Shown: positions 15,201 through 27,710 of the stretch, one piece after another | Layout: each line of letters begins with the position of its first letter | Position numbering within the stretch: the first letter of the stretch is position 1 | DNA from: Lingula anatina | Taxonomy: Eukaryota > Animalia > Brachiopoda | Direction of reading: 5' to 3' | Length of the DNA: 64,000 nt | NCBI GenBank assembly: GCA_051362555.1 | Contig: CM120648.1 | Coordinates: 11,652,587-11,716,586, forward strand | Position numbers and translations under genes: made by a program | Notes under the pieces: generated by a model | Seen by the model: only the letters and a program-made list of their open reading frames with translations | What the model was told of the DNA's origin: nothing | Databases searched by the model: none

Positions 15201-16157
15201 ATAAATTTGCTGGTGTTCCTACCTGTAACGTACACTGACACAAACGGTAAATTATACAGTAGCTGGCGTGTACATCGATACAAACACCTGATTTAAGGTT
15301 TATGGTAGGCAAACTGTCAAAATTGTTGTTTTTGAGGACATGTTCCTGAAACTTATGTAAAGGAGATATCTGAGACACCACTTTTGCAATTTTCACCCTC
15401 AAACAATTATGTCACCGTGCTCATTGCCACCTTCAGGTAGATCGGCGATCATGTAATTCGACTGTTTGCGCAATTTTGTTAATCGCCTTGGTCAAAAATA
15501 TCAAATTTCTTATTGATTTGAATGGGCACCATGGGTTTCGCATGATGTTGTGTTCTTTGCTTAATTTCTAGTATTTCCCCGATGGCCTCCAATTTTGATA
15601 TGTCTACTAGGGCGATTCTTCAAATATACAGTATCTAATAAATAACAAGATTCAACTTGCTTACATAAAATATCAGTTCAGCAAAAGAATACCCAAGTTG
15701 CCATTGCTTTGGATGAGCACTATTGCGAGAGGCAATTTAGGCAGAATGTACTTTGGCTTAGTTCGTTTATGTGTCCAATGACCCCCATTTTTCTTCTTTT
15801 TTCTAAGATAATCGAAAACAACAGTGAGTGAAAAACTGCAAAATGGCTCACGGACTAAAAAATCGGATGTACCAGTAAACCATTTTGTTTTTCTTCATTT
15901 GTCCTTTCAGAGAAATACAAAGACAAAATTTAAAATAAAAAGACTTTCTCTTAAAATTAAAAGAAGCGCCCACTCACCTCGTCTCGCAGAAATGACTGTG
16001 CTATGGAATAACACCCGTTTAAAGCAATATTGGCCAGAGCGCCGTTCATTAAAGTAGACTTTTGTTGGAAAGTCAGCCTGAAGAATTTCATTCCTTCATT
16101 GGTTTTCCTTTCTTTAACCCTTCTCTTTTCTTCGGTCTTGTCACAACTTCCTTCCAT
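278..16157 (-). CDS. SLC18B1: SLC18B1-like MFS transporter, copy A (multi-exon, 3'-partial; exons 11-12 lie beyond the window start)
   Basis: Ten GT-AG exons on minus strand: 16157-15978, 15144-15049, 14830-14757, 14430-14283, 13693-13525, 5642-5509, 5121-5011, 1286-1180, 849-754, 352-278. Sizes of exons 2-10 (96,74,148,169,134,111,107,96,75) match the other copies and splice in frame. Motifs GFLEMFAGLGHVLGPLVGGGLYQLGGFGLPF and HGLPDSIITYGNLSA resemble SLC18B1/VPAT. Symbol denotes family resemblance, not proven orthology. Confidence 0.88.
1604..2391. mobile_element. Putative non-autonomous TIR DNA transposon (Harbinger-like termini) in intron 7 of A
   Basis: Ends AAGCCTCGG...TCTGAGGCTT are short inverted repeats bracketing a GC-richer block; no coding capacity recognised. 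Confidence 0.4.
1747..1844. mobile_element. 98-bp palindromic MITE with CCC termini (EnSpm/CACTA-like)
   Basis: CCCAGCAGACAAACGACATTGATT...AATCAATGTCGTTTGCCTGCTGGG; 2-bp AG duplication on both flanks; internal TCAACGTTGA repeats. Confidence 0.75.
3170..4900. repeat. Diverged tandem repeat, about three copies of a ~545-600 bp unit, in intron 7 of A
   Basis: Unit anchor gcgttta(a/t)(c/t)aatagattgc at about 3193, 4010 and 4558; shared ataaacct...tcatttattttt blocks; first copy interrupted by a MITE. Confidence 0.8.
3257..3471. mobile_element. MITE, GATCGATC family copy 1
   Basis: Imperfect TIR GACCCCATTTCCAGAG / CTCTGGGAATACAGCC; absent from the neighbouring repeat units (empty site tcttacactg), apparent TA duplication; reverse complement of 16824-17052. 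Confidence 0.75.
7280..8176 (+). mobile_element. Decayed, internally deleted hAT transposase (ZNF862-like) remnant
   Basis: Fragments FYTILIDGAVDAGVTEQEMVFCR (first catalytic Asp region) and IEIALFSLSTSQVERGYSALKRTESDWRSSLG (hAT C-terminal dimerisation motif, ~7650-7750); stops and frameshifts; hAT-like right end TGGAGCCTTG. Confidence 0.75.
9204..12925. mobile_element. Long-TIR (foldback-like) non-autonomous DNA transposon with TAGT termini, possibly Academ-related
   Basis: TAGTAGGCTTGTTAAGG at 9204 and CCTTAACAAGCCTACTA ending at 12925. About 9204-9980 is near-identical in reverse complement to about 12145-12925, with weaker similarity further in. Repeated AGATGGCCGCC / GGCGGCCATCT motifs. 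No TSD seen. Confidence 0.8.
13900..14100. mobile_element. Possible Helentron/DINE-1-like fragment
   Basis: Degenerate (GTCT/GTTT)n microsatellite followed by ...acaactctaaaagtaatagatggattttgataaa, an arrangement resembling such elements. Confidence 0.4.
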
Positions 16158-16823
16158 TTTCTAAAAGCAGACGAAAGAGAACCGGTCTTCTTATGCACAA
16201 GTGCGCTCTCACCTTACTGGACAGGTCAACAACCAAATTATTTACAGCAGATTGTAGGGGTCCATGTTCCTCCCCACCCAGGTTCTTCTTAAATTTCACT
16301 TGTCACTGATACATGGGAGAGGGGATATAACACCAACATCACATGTTCAGTTCCATTAAGTGTGTTTATTAAGTAATTCAGCACTTATACACATTATCTA
16401 CCGGGAGTCTGTCTGCATGCCACAGTGGCAGCAACTGATTTAAATACTCATTGCAATGCTACAGTTAAGGAGTGAGAGTTTATACTTATCAGGTTTAAGA
16501 TGTGCATTTGTCCCAGGCATGCCTATTCAGAGAATGATAAATATTCATTCAAGACCGATGCAAGGTGAATGATAATATGCCGACTGATTATATACACATA
16601 ATATGTAAATAAGTGAGTTTATCAAAAGCCTTCAGTGGACCTTAACAAGATAGTAGATAATAGAGCCAATTAGGGCCCCATCCAGAATAGGGGACTAACT
16701 GGTCCGAGGGTCAAATATGGCCGACCTACTCGAATACTTCACCACGGGATATCTATTCAGTATCTACATGTATTAGCGGAATAGACGCCGAGCATTGTAC
16801 ATGTATTGAGTCGTCATATTTGA

Positions 16824-17052
16824 GACCTTTCCCACAGATATTTAGATCGATCTATCCCCCTGGGGAGTCTCACAAGATTGCTGTCAGCTCAATCGGCTTA
16901 AATGTCTGCCCCGCCTACTAAAAGCTGTAAGGGGGTAATTATATTTACTCCCCAACTGATTCGGCTCCCGGAAGCTGACAGCAATTTAGCGTGGACCCCC
17001 AGGGAGTTAGGTCGATCCAGATGGATGGATCTTAATCTGTGGGAACCCAGTC
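16824..17052. mobile_element. MITE, GATCGATC family copy 2
   Basis: TIR core TTCCCACAGAT / ATCTGTGGGAA; reverse complement of 3257-3471. Confidence 0.75.
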
Positions 17053-18498
17053 TTTGACTCTCGAGTAAGTTCCCTATATTGAATGGTGCCTTAGGGGTCT
17101 AGATGGGTGAAAGGCCGATTAAGGAGTACAGATGGGCGAACAGTTTGGTCAATCAACCTAGACTGTTGATGTCCATGAGAATGAGCCCTTAAAATTTAAT
17201 TTGATATCAGCCACATACTCCTCACAGTTGTACACTGGTGTCAATTGGCTTTTTATAGACAGAGAAAGGTTAAACGGATTAAATCTCGGTTCCGAGGTTT
17301 AGTTGTTAGGTCCCTGCAGCGGTGGCGCGTCACAGGTTTACATTCCATTTATTCTGTACTGTGGACTGAAAATTACAATATATCTTTCTTATCCTGTCCT
17401 TTAATATTGAAATTCAATAGTCATTTAAATTTGCTAAGCAGTTCCCATTGATTTCCACGCAATGTACATGTAATAAAAGTGGCGTTTTCCGGGCCGCTAC
17501 CTCTCCAAACCAACTGGAATATTCCCCAGTGTTTTTCATATTTTTACTTAAATGTTGAGTACTTGAGTACATTTTGTCTTATGATAGGCTATTTATCAAA
17601 ATCGCTGGGGCAGAAATGGTGTTTCTGAAATATGAGCTGTAGCTCTATAACTCTATGACACTTTGATTATGACGGATAACTGAGTCCACATTTCGGCCAA
17701 AATCTCGTTTCGTTCAGGTGTAGCTGTTGGAGATCAATTTCTCTGTGTCACATAGTTGAACAATGGATATAATTCCTTATAAATTTGTGACTGTAATTTT
17801 TGTCCCACTTACCGGGGTAGTAATTGTGAGGAGTACGGATTTGTAATGCAGCATGATCGGTATGATAGGTCTACTTGTATACATGTAATGTAACCAATAA
17901 CCCTTCCAAAGTTGGTAACTCTAACACTTGCAATTTAGTTTACATTAATCAGTAAAACCATAGGTGTCTGCCCTTCATACTTTGATGGACAATCGGTATG
18001 ATACAAATTAGACCTGAGTCCCAACATCTCGTGTCCTGGCATCTTAGTATTTTTTGGGCTGTCGCGTACCCTACTTACATCGTGTGCATTACAAATAGCA
18101 TCTACAGGACACTACAAGACCACTCAATATTTAAGGTAATAGTGAATTGTAAAAAAGTGACAAAAAAAAAAACACAGACGCTACAGAAATTGACACATTT
18201 TACTGGCCAATGTTACTGGGGTACAAAGGCAATTCTACAATAGATATAGTAAATATTGCTCAGTTGCTTTAATCAATAGGATAACAGTGTAAGATTCCCT
18301 CAAGGTCCAGACTCATAGTAGAAATATTGCACTCAGGCATATGTCATTAAATATATCTGATCTTCTGCCCCATGAACTTGTCATGGTGAATGAAGAGAGT
18401 GATATATAGCAAAGATAATTTGAAGAATGACAAAATTAGAATATGTGAAATTAGAGGTGATAAAGTGGTTTAACATAGCTGTAGGCTCGCCAACCTTA

Positions 18499-18702
18499 GG
18501 GACCATTCCCAGGCCCTATCGTACTAAGTGTGGATCGATCAATCCCCGAGGGGACTTTCGCTAAATTGCAACCAACATTAAACGGCTTAGATGTCTAACA
18601 CGGCTATTGAAACTGCTAGGGGTAATTAATTATCGTTTAGCAGCTTCAGTAGGCGTGCCAGGTATCTAGAGATCCTGTTAGATCGATCTAAGTATGGGGA
18701 CC
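18499..18702. mobile_element. MITE, GATCGATC family copy 3 (degenerate)
   Basis: GGGACCATTCCC...tatcgtacta...gatcgatc...cggcttagatgtct...gggtaattaa shares the family core. Confidence 0.55.
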
Positions 18703-19238
18703 TATTGTTAGCGTCCGACGATTTGTTTCATCACACACCTGAACCGCGTTTTGCAACTGAGGAAAAACGTGAAAACGTCAATCCACCTTTTTAGAAAAAG
18801 TTGTATGTATAAGTTAATAAACGGCATAATTTTATTGACAAATGTACAAAAAGACTAAAATATCATTACCCTCTGCAAAATATCAGTTGTAATTAAAGAG
18901 GATTAAATTTCAGGGTCGCGGGACGACTCAAACTGAGACAGAGACCGGTGGATTCAAATTCTGCTATCGCAGTATTATCCCTTCCAATGCATTTAACATT
19001 ATGGACTTCGCCGTATGATTTATGGACCTGGCCTGTAACTCGAAAGCATCGCGCATTGCGACCGAGCGCAAGCGTCTCGATTCCATAACTCGCCCATACT
19101 AGCCCCATATAATACACTGTAGCCTCTATGTGATATCGCTATTCGCAATCCGCAATGCTTTCGAGTTACGGAGCTCTGCACAGTTAAGCAAGAAAATGAC
19201 ATCGAAGGAAATATGTTGCATTTGGCTATTGGGTAGAG

Positions 19239-19861
19239 ATGGCAAATGGATGCCAAGAGATCGAGAATGAGGAGGAGGGAAAGCGTGAGGCCATGAAGTT
19301 TCTCAATTTGAGCTCCCGGCAGAAATCTACCTTAATTAACGGGGCTCTTGCCAACATTATGTTATCCGTGTGCTACACTCTTGTGATGCCATTTCTCCAA
19401 GACATGGTGAGTGACAAATGAATGGTTCTTTTGGTTAATAGCGACTCATCTGATCAGATGTAATCAGTATATCGCCATGGTCACATAACATCCCTAGGTA
19501 CATGCATGTATCATGTAAAACATAGTAATTGTAAACTTATGTGCGAAAGACAGTGGATTTTATAACTTTTAAGTTTCTCTTAAAAGAGAAAACAACCAGA
19601 AATTTAACCATAATTCTGCCAGCTTTCGTCCGTTGTCATCATTTTTGCCTAAGTTTGTGCACTACGTCAATACTGGCAATAGTCTGAGTTTTTTTTGCTT
19701 TTTTGTCATAAGATTTTTCATAGATGTAGTTACCAAGCCCCCATGATATGTGTATGATCCTGAAAGCCATTTTGTTTATTTTTCACTAGTTTATTAAAGG
19801 GACTCTATTTAACTTTCCATGCACCATTGTCATATGATAAACATTTGTTACATTTTAAACC

Positions 19862-19926
<65 letters not shown>

Positions 19927-21355
19927 AAATTAAACGGACTTCATGTTCACATTATGTTTCTTAAAAATGAGGTATTTATAAACTGTATTATATTACTCGA
20001 CTCTTTTTGTCAGTTAACGATCCGCATCAAAGTGAAGAATAACAAAGTTGATGACCACCAGCATTATCTCTTAGGATATCTCGATACTTTGTATTATATA
20101 AGCATTTTTGACAGACTACGATACATTTAGAAATACCAGCGCGTTATGAACAAGAGCGCTTTCTCTTAGGTTAAATGGCGTTATTATCATTTTATTTCAG
20201 GCAGTAAAAAAGGACGTGTCTCTAACAGGAGCAGGGGCAATCCTTGGGTGTTATGAGGTCGCCATGTTCTGCTGTTCCCTTATTATTGGTTCACAGGTGC
20301 TGTTGGTTGCTTTACAATCCACTGCCATCTTTTTTGTCTTCATTTAAAAAGTCAAATTTATAATCTTAATTTGCATTAATATATATCAATTTTTTTTTTA
20401 TTGACACAATACTTCACAAATACAGCATATATGTAGTACCAAAAGGAAAACTACAGTCACTCCCACTCTCACACTTAAGAGAAAATATACTATGTTATAT
20501 TAATTAAATTTTTTATGGTAATATATATCAATTTTATATGTATATGTATCCCACCTGACTTTCAATAAACTGTTTTTCTGGAGAATTATCTTTCTAAATG
20601 GTATTGCAAATTTATAAAACAGATTTACTGTCTTGATAAAAACTGCAAATTCAAGTACTTTAAATTAGTTATTCGTGTTTTGTTTTAGTTATCTCGCATA
20701 GGAACGAGGCGCTGTTCCTACATAGGAGGACTGGTAATTGGTGTCAGTTCGCTGGCTTTTGGGTGCGTAACTTTTTTGTCGATATTACGCTTTTTTGTCG
20801 CGTTTTTTTTTTTTTTTAAAGATTAAACATTTGATTATAGACCTACAATGGGCGGTTAACTTTCATATAGCAAAATGGAATCTTAGCAACTTCCCTTCAC
20901 ATAACGTATATTCTATCCAAAACTGCGCACGAAGCTCAATGTTTGGTTGACACATAAAGCGTGGGAAACGTATCAATCAACGAGAATGACAACTGCAACA
21001 AATTTTGCAATGGATTTCCTGATTGATTGCTCTACAAATCATAACAGAAGAACCACAGTTTTATACCCATTAAAGATTACCATACTTAAGATAAATCTTA
21101 CTTGTTAAATATTTATGTTTTAGTTTTTTAGATGCCTGCCCTCCCGGTGACACTTTTCTTGGGCTTGCTATAACAATACGCGTGATGGAATCATTGGGTG
21201 CTTCGATGTCTTTTGCAGCCAACTATGCCCTAGCAACGAAGGAGTTTAGGGACAACGTAGCAACAGCGTATGTGAGTAGACGACAATCCTATAATCATTG
21301 ATGCTACTTATAATTACAAAACATAATTTACATCGTTAGAGAAAAATACTAAGTA

Positions 21356-21395
<40 letters not shown>

Positions 21396-24300
21396 TGCAC
21401 TTAATATTGAATGAGTTAGATCTATTCTTCACATAGGCATGCACTGAAGTGGTTTTACAGTCGAGTTTCATATTCACTTTTGCATGAGTTTCAAAATGAT
21501 TTTAACTTATAGTCAAGACATTTTAAATTCTTTTTTATACTGGTATAAAGGTCTTTTTTCAACAGCACATATTTCTGAAAAAGCATGTATGAATCAATAA
21601 TATTATCCCGTCATTTTTATGCTAGGGATTCTTGGAAATGTGTGCAGGTCTCGGTAACGTCTTGGGCCCCTTGGTAGGTGGCGGCCTCTATCAGCTGGGA
21701 GGTTTTGGCCTGCCGTTCTTCGTGTCGGGGCCGCTGATGATCATCACAGCAGCTGTGGCATTTTTTTACTTTACCAACTGAGATAGAGGAGCAAGGTAAC
21801 TTGTTACAGTTAGTATTTACTAACTTGGCTGTGAAAAAATTTAAAATTTCTAGCTGTTAGACTGGGTGTCGCCAATTCTTTCCTCAAATTGCGACCACGT
21901 ACCTGCAGTTATTAGGGGTACCATGCACGTTAAATAAACCAAAAGATCAAGTTCTGAAAGATGGCAAAAGACAACTTATTCCATATATTGTCGTGACGCA
22001 AGCAAAACCCACTGATCATGGCATGAAGGGGAACTAATTAACATACATGTAGTGGAAGTTAAAATAATGTCAAAAGAAAAAGGGTGAAAAGAGAAAAAAA
22101 TACTTTACAGCCTTATAGAATGCATGTAGGCGACTAAAAGCCTCCAGAGCTAGGAGATTGGTGGAGAAATATGAAGGAAGATAGTGGATCGTAATCGCCG
22201 TCACTTCGCCAGTACATGTATGTATGGAGATATAGACAGTGCACGCAAAAAATAACATGTTAGTATTACAGTCTGAAATTTATTTCCATATCAATTATTT
22301 AACATTTTATTCACAGATACGCCAACAGACTACGGACAGCTTATTAAAATAGCAAAGATACCCGCTATACCTCTGGAGCAATTAGCCGTTTGGGTAGGAT
22401 ATGTTGGGCTAAGTGCTTTAAGTCCCACGCTAGGAGGCCATTTACAGAATGTAAGATATTTGATTACAAGGGCACTGTTATTCTTATGCTAGTGAAAAGA
22501 TACTTTATAATTACGTTAGTGTGAAACATATTACATGTAGAAGAATATATCTTAATGCCCATGCATGGGGTCATTGAATTGAATATACACTTTCAGTTTT
22601 TATATATTTTTTATTTCTATTTTATTTTATTGTTTTTTTTTTTATTGCATGTGTTATTTATTTTTTAATGTCGTGTTTACAGGTAGGTTCCTCTGTTCAA
22701 GGCAACCATATGATGATCGGTTTGGCGTTTTCTCTGACTGGGGCCTTTTACACGTGCTCGGTACTATTGTTTGGTTTCATAACAGACAAATACGTAAGCT
22801 GTTTTTCTTTTTAATATCTATTTTTAATTTCTTTTTATTATTATTGATTTTTTGTAATATGTTTCAATTGTTTCAAAGTCGCATAATAACGACGAAAGTT
22901 AATACCTCACCTGGTGAAAGTTTCACAAAATAACTGTAGTTCCAAAGCATACAAATGAGTATAAACTTCCAAAAATATATAAAATAAATGTACTGTTTTT
23001 CTTATAGAATCAGTGTAAGGTAATGATAATCTTGGGACTCATCGTCATGGCCGTAGCCTTAACTCTCATTGGACCCTGGGTTCCCCTCAATCACCTATTC
23101 CCAAACGGCAAGGGGTAGGTACCAATGCCATAACTTCAGGATCATGAAGACATTTCATTAAAATATATTGTTGCTGTGCTAAATGTTACAATGTTGTAAT
23201 TGATGACTTTATTTCCAGAAACAAAAATGAAATACAGTGTTGTTCGAAATACTTGTCACAACTAATGAAGTTTATGGATTAGGTCACAAACGTCTACATT
23301 TAAGGGCTCTGTTATCTTTGCATTTACAAAGGCTGAAAAACATGCAAAAGAAACAAAAAGCTTCTTCATGGAAAACACAATCAATTTCAAGATTTCAGTC
23401 ACATTTCTGAATTTAGTCAGGTACACAATTAATAATTTCAGTAGCGGGTGTGACCCCCCGGTGAACGAAAAAGGCCTACTACGTGGCCTCAAGGTGCTCA
23501 CTAGTGCAACCAATCTTTGTTTATGGATCTTGGGTCAAAGCTGGCTTTAACTGTTGTGCATTTTCTAGGAGTTGATTTCTCCAGTATACAGCCTTCCCAA
23601 ATCCGCCCCAAAGGTGTTCAACTAGATTCATATATCGCTTTTTGGCGGGTTGGTCCATAAGCAATACAGGGTTTGTCGAATTTGTTTAAAAAATCCCTCG
23701 CCAGGCGGGCAGTATATAGTATATAAGGAGGTTGTATTTTCATGCTGGAAGCGGAAGTTGTCCTGATGTATTGAACGCACATATTTTGTAAGATTTCCCT
23801 GTACATGTACGCCACGGCGATGGCATTTTTTTTCTTCTTTTTTTTTCAAGAAGAACCAATTGCCTGTCACTGAGGGAACCAAAAGCACCCAGCAGCCTTG
23901 AGTTTTTTCAATTTCTTGTTAAATTATGGTCTCCAGTAAAACGACACATTCGCACACGGCCATCTCATGGGAAGAGTAGGAACAGGGATTCAGCTAGGAA
24001 GACCATGTATTCCCAATGCACGTCTCTCAGGTTTCTGTTTTGAGTTTGGGTAGCCGTAAATAACGCTATGATAACGTGTTTACATAGGTGTCTTAGCCTT
24101 CCTTCTTGGCATATTGCCATGTAAGACGAATTTCCAGTTCAAAATTTTGCGGAAAAGGCCAATCAAACGATGGGCCCATGATTCTGTAGGAATGACAATG
24201 GCAGATTTCGTGTGGGTTTTTCTGGCAATGTTCATGTTAATACGAACAGGACTTGAGGTGAAACTGTGCCAAATTGTCAATCTGTCAGAAGCTACACTGC

Positions 24301-26907
24301 TGGTCGGACCTCTTCTCGGGGTAGAGAGTAGTCTAATAACATGTGGCCTTGAAACCCAAAGCTATCTGGCAATGTTGGGTTTCCTGAAGCCCAGTTCATT
24401 GAATGCAGTTATTTGGTCCTACAAACAACATGAGTTTACCTGGTATGGCTTTAGCTATAGTTTAGTGGAGGTCCGACCTCAGCTTCAGAAACACCCCTTA
24501 TATAACCAAGCTAGCACCCTAAACTTTGTGGCAACATCAGTTGACATGTGTTCATACTTGACCCAGGTAATGAAAATGGTCATTGGTTTCTGGGAAATAA
24601 AAAAAAAAACAAAATTGCAACATATGTGTGGCTTTTAAAACCTATGCCGTCAGTAAAAAAACCCGAATTCTCAAGGGTTGACAATTATTTTCAGCAAGTT
24701 ACATCTTTATAAAAATAGACTGACCCCCTCCCATGTCCCGAGTAGTCTATGCCTCGTTCCAAAATATTTAAGATCAGCTAAAAGCTTTTCTGTATGGGTC
24801 CAGTGATACTGTACATTTTGGATTTCAGAGCATCGTGGGGAGTTTTCTTGGGACGATGTTTATGTGGAATTGGGACCGCCTGTATCAATGTAGCTGTCTT
24901 GGCGGATTGTGTAAATGAAGCCGTGTAAGTAATGTGGAATTAGAACACCTTATTTCAATGTAGCTGTCATGGCGAATTTTGTAACGGACGTCGAGAAGTT
25001 GGATGATTTGTGAGGGTCTTGTGCCCCATTCTTCACTGTTGAGTATTATTAGAAAAAATATTGTTTTGTAGGCCGTGTCAGTTATGTAGAATTATAATTC
25101 CCTTTTTCGATGTTCTGTAGCCGTCATGGCGGATTGTGAAACGAAAATCGTGAAAGAGGTAAGATTAGTTACTGGGCCTTATGCTTGGTTTTCCACTCTT
25201 GAATATTTCTTTACACCATCACAAAACTGGCTGCTTTATACCTTTCTTTTTAAATAAATAAATTACAAAATTAAAAAAATAATTTATTCCACTCTGTTTC
25301 AGATTTATAGATATGCTATAATATTGGAATCTGTCGGTTATTTCTTTTTGTTTTATATGAGCTTGTTTTGACGTATTGTTGCGTGCGCCAATACAGTTCT
25401 CACGTCTCATTGTGTTAGTGGAGCATGTTTCACCGTATCTTTGTCTTGTCTTATATAATACTGTTGTCACCTTTCATTGTGCTAGTTGAGATTCTAAAAC
25501 TCATCACCAAACATTCATTTAGCAGGGTGCGAAACTTCCACATGATAATAAAACTGAGTAAATCATTCCTTTTTAATATGAATAAATAATAAAATCATAA
25601 AAGGATTTATTCCTTTCTGTTTCAGAATGGCGAACATTTACTAAAATCTTATTTTCTTTATTATCACGTTCTTATTTTGCTAGTTGAGCATTTTTGATGC
25701 ATTGTTGTGTTCGCCATGTCACTTATCATTGAGTTGGTTCGTGTACTCGATCTTCTCACATTTTATTGTAATAGTTGAGATTATATACACAATATATCAA
25801 TATATTTAATATTGTTACAGGTTCCACGGATTACCCGATAATATAATCACATATGGTAACTTGTCAGCAGTATTTGACACGTCTATGGGCCTTGGGTGAG
25901 ATTTTGTGTGGTTCTTTTCATTATGATTTTTTTTTTTTTTTTTTGAATCAGTTAAGAGAGTTAATGTGGAAAGAGCTACAGATACACCGGGAATAACTTA
26001 ACGCCATCTGCAGTATGCGCGCCATTAAAAAATACATTGGTGTTTTTTACTTTTTATTTACAACCGTAATTCAGTGGACAGAACAGTAGCTTAAAGCTTG
26101 ACAATATAAACCTTCAATTCTGAATATCTTTACATCCTACAAAACAATCCTTTCAATATTTTATTTACATTTAAGGAATTTCATCGGGACGCTTATTGGA
26201 GCAGCTATCGTGGAACATAATCCATTCAGCACGTTATCGGCAGTCCTTACGGGGCTCTGTCTGGGAGAAGTAAGTACTGGCAAGACAAAACAGAAAATAT
26301 ACTTCAAACACACCCTTGTCAAAGGGGCCACATATTTTTATATGCATGACACTTTTAATAAAGGAAGGCAAAAAAGGAAGTAAAAAGAAATACAAAAATC
26401 CACATAATGATACGGCAAACAGAAGCTGCCTTTATTTATGACCATATTATCTATTTTAATGTGTTTGTTTTCAGACTGTCGTCTATGTGTAAATGTGCTT
26501 GTATGAACAGTGTATTTAGTGTGTGTTTATGTACAATGAGTGTATGTGTGTGCATGTGTGTCTTTGTATTGTGTATCAGGGATCGCAAATATCCTGGCAT
26601 AAATCACTATTTTAATGTATGGAGGCAACCATGGCCTTTATGAACTATTTAATTGTAAAATGTACGTCCGTATGTCTGTTTTCAGGCTGGTCTCCTCGTT
26701 CTATACTGTGCGGTAGTTTATGCAGTACTCACAAGGAGGCGTAACAGGTCCGAATACAGCAGCATTGAAAGTGATAATGCCAGTAACAGTGACACACAAA
26801 ACGCCGAGGAAACATTGCTACTGCCGCCAACCCCTTGCCCGATCATACAGAGTCAATACGTGCAGCCAGAAAAATATATGACTAATGATGACGCCAGTTC
26901 TAAGTAG
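19239..26907 (+). CDS. SLC18B1: SLC18B1-like MFS transporter, copy B (12 exons; +1 frameshift in exon 5 as assembled, possible pseudogene or sequencing error)
   Basis: Exons 19239-19406, 20201-20296, 20689-20762, 21124-21271, 21626-21795, 22317-22450, 22683-22793, 23008-23114, 24829-24924, 25821-25895, 26176-26269, 26686-26907(TAG). Exon 5 is 170 nt versus 169 in paralogs (T7 run at 21761-21767 instead of T6), giving TGA at 21779-21781. About 497 aa if corrected. Confidence 0.8.
19866..19922. repeat. (AT)n microsatellite
   Basis: Uninterrupted AT dinucleotide run of about 57 bp. Confidence 0.95.
21356..21394. repeat. (TAA)n microsatellite
   Basis: About 13 TAA units. Confidence 0.9.
23234..24700 (-). 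mobile_element. Old decayed Tc1-like transposon in intron 8 of B
   Basis: Left end TA|CAGTGTTGTTCGAAATACTTGTCACAAC with a degenerate inverted counterpart near 24677-24700. Minus-strand fragments FQHEN..., TARLARDFLNKFD and NLVEHLW match the Tc1 DDE region. Absent from intron 8 of A and E. Confidence 0.7.
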
Positions 26908-27295
26908 AATTGGGGATTGTAATTCGACTTTTAGTCCAAGGTTCAATCTCGTGCCTTCAATACACGAACCTTAATATATCCAAAATTCGCAGGGGACGTG
27001 CGATCTTAAAATCCGTGCGTCCTGTGGTGATCGAGACTATAAAGAGAGTCCCGGCTGCTATACTACCTAGCAGTCAGTGAATAACAACTCACGTCATGAT
27101 GATGAAGGCCTAGAAGTCCAAGTTGGCCACAAGCTTATGGTATGGAAAATATTTCAGCTCGTGTTAAATAATAACTGTGCATGAACATTTAAGCGAAACT
27201 GATTATATTTATCAAAGGCTATTTGTCAGTGAGGATTGACATGCAGCCAAAAGTGGGCGGTCTTGGAAGATCGGACGCCAAGCTGGGAGATTAAA

Positions 27296-27580
27296 GGCCC
27301 CGTTCCGATAACCTTATCGTGCTAGCTGGATCGACCTAAACTTCTCAGGGATTGCGCCTAAATTGTATTCAGTTTAAGCGGCTTAAATGTCTGACACGCT
27401 CCCTTGTAACTTAATGTACTTGGGTAAAGTCGGGGAAACTATGCCCCATCATCTTGTTCATGTTGCTTTGCGAGGGGGTGCGCCTGACAATACAGCAGAT
27501 TACATAGATTGCGTCTTAGCGAGAATCCCCGCTGAGATTGATCCATCCCGCTAGTACGATAAGGTTATGGGAACACAGTC
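27296..27580. mobile_element. MITE, GATCGATC family copy 4, downstream of B
   Basis: ~31-bp TIR GGCCCCGTTCCGATAACCTTATCGTGCTAGC / GCTAGTACGATAAGGTTATGGGAACACAGTC. Confidence 0.8.
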
Positions 27581-27710
27581 TAAGAGTAATTTGAATTGCA
27601 GGTCATAGAGTCCAAATTACACTGAAGATAAATCATGAAAACACACACCAATAAAACTGATGACTTTAGATGTAAATCAAATGGATTTTACTTCCACTGC
27701 TCCCATTTAC

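Larger units (their letters stand above)
16158..19238. promoter_or_regulatory. Divergent (head-to-head) intergenic region between copies A and B
   Basis: Start codons of A (minus, 16157) and B (plus, 19239) point away from each other; transcription starts cannot be located from sequence alone. Confidence 0.45.

Noticed and set aside
14899-15402. 167-aa minus-strand ORF
   Set aside because: Only 15144-15049 (exon 2 of A) is coding; the rest is intron read-through.
19819-20130. 103-aa ORF with (YI)n
   Set aside because: Translation of an (AT)n microsatellite in intron 1 of B.
24114-24638. 174-aa plus-strand ORF (and related ORFs at 39203 and 50203) repeated in three introns, suggesting a nested gene
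   Set aside because: It is the antisense of a decayed Tc1-like transposase; the copies have different stops and deletions, and recurrence is explained by gene duplication.
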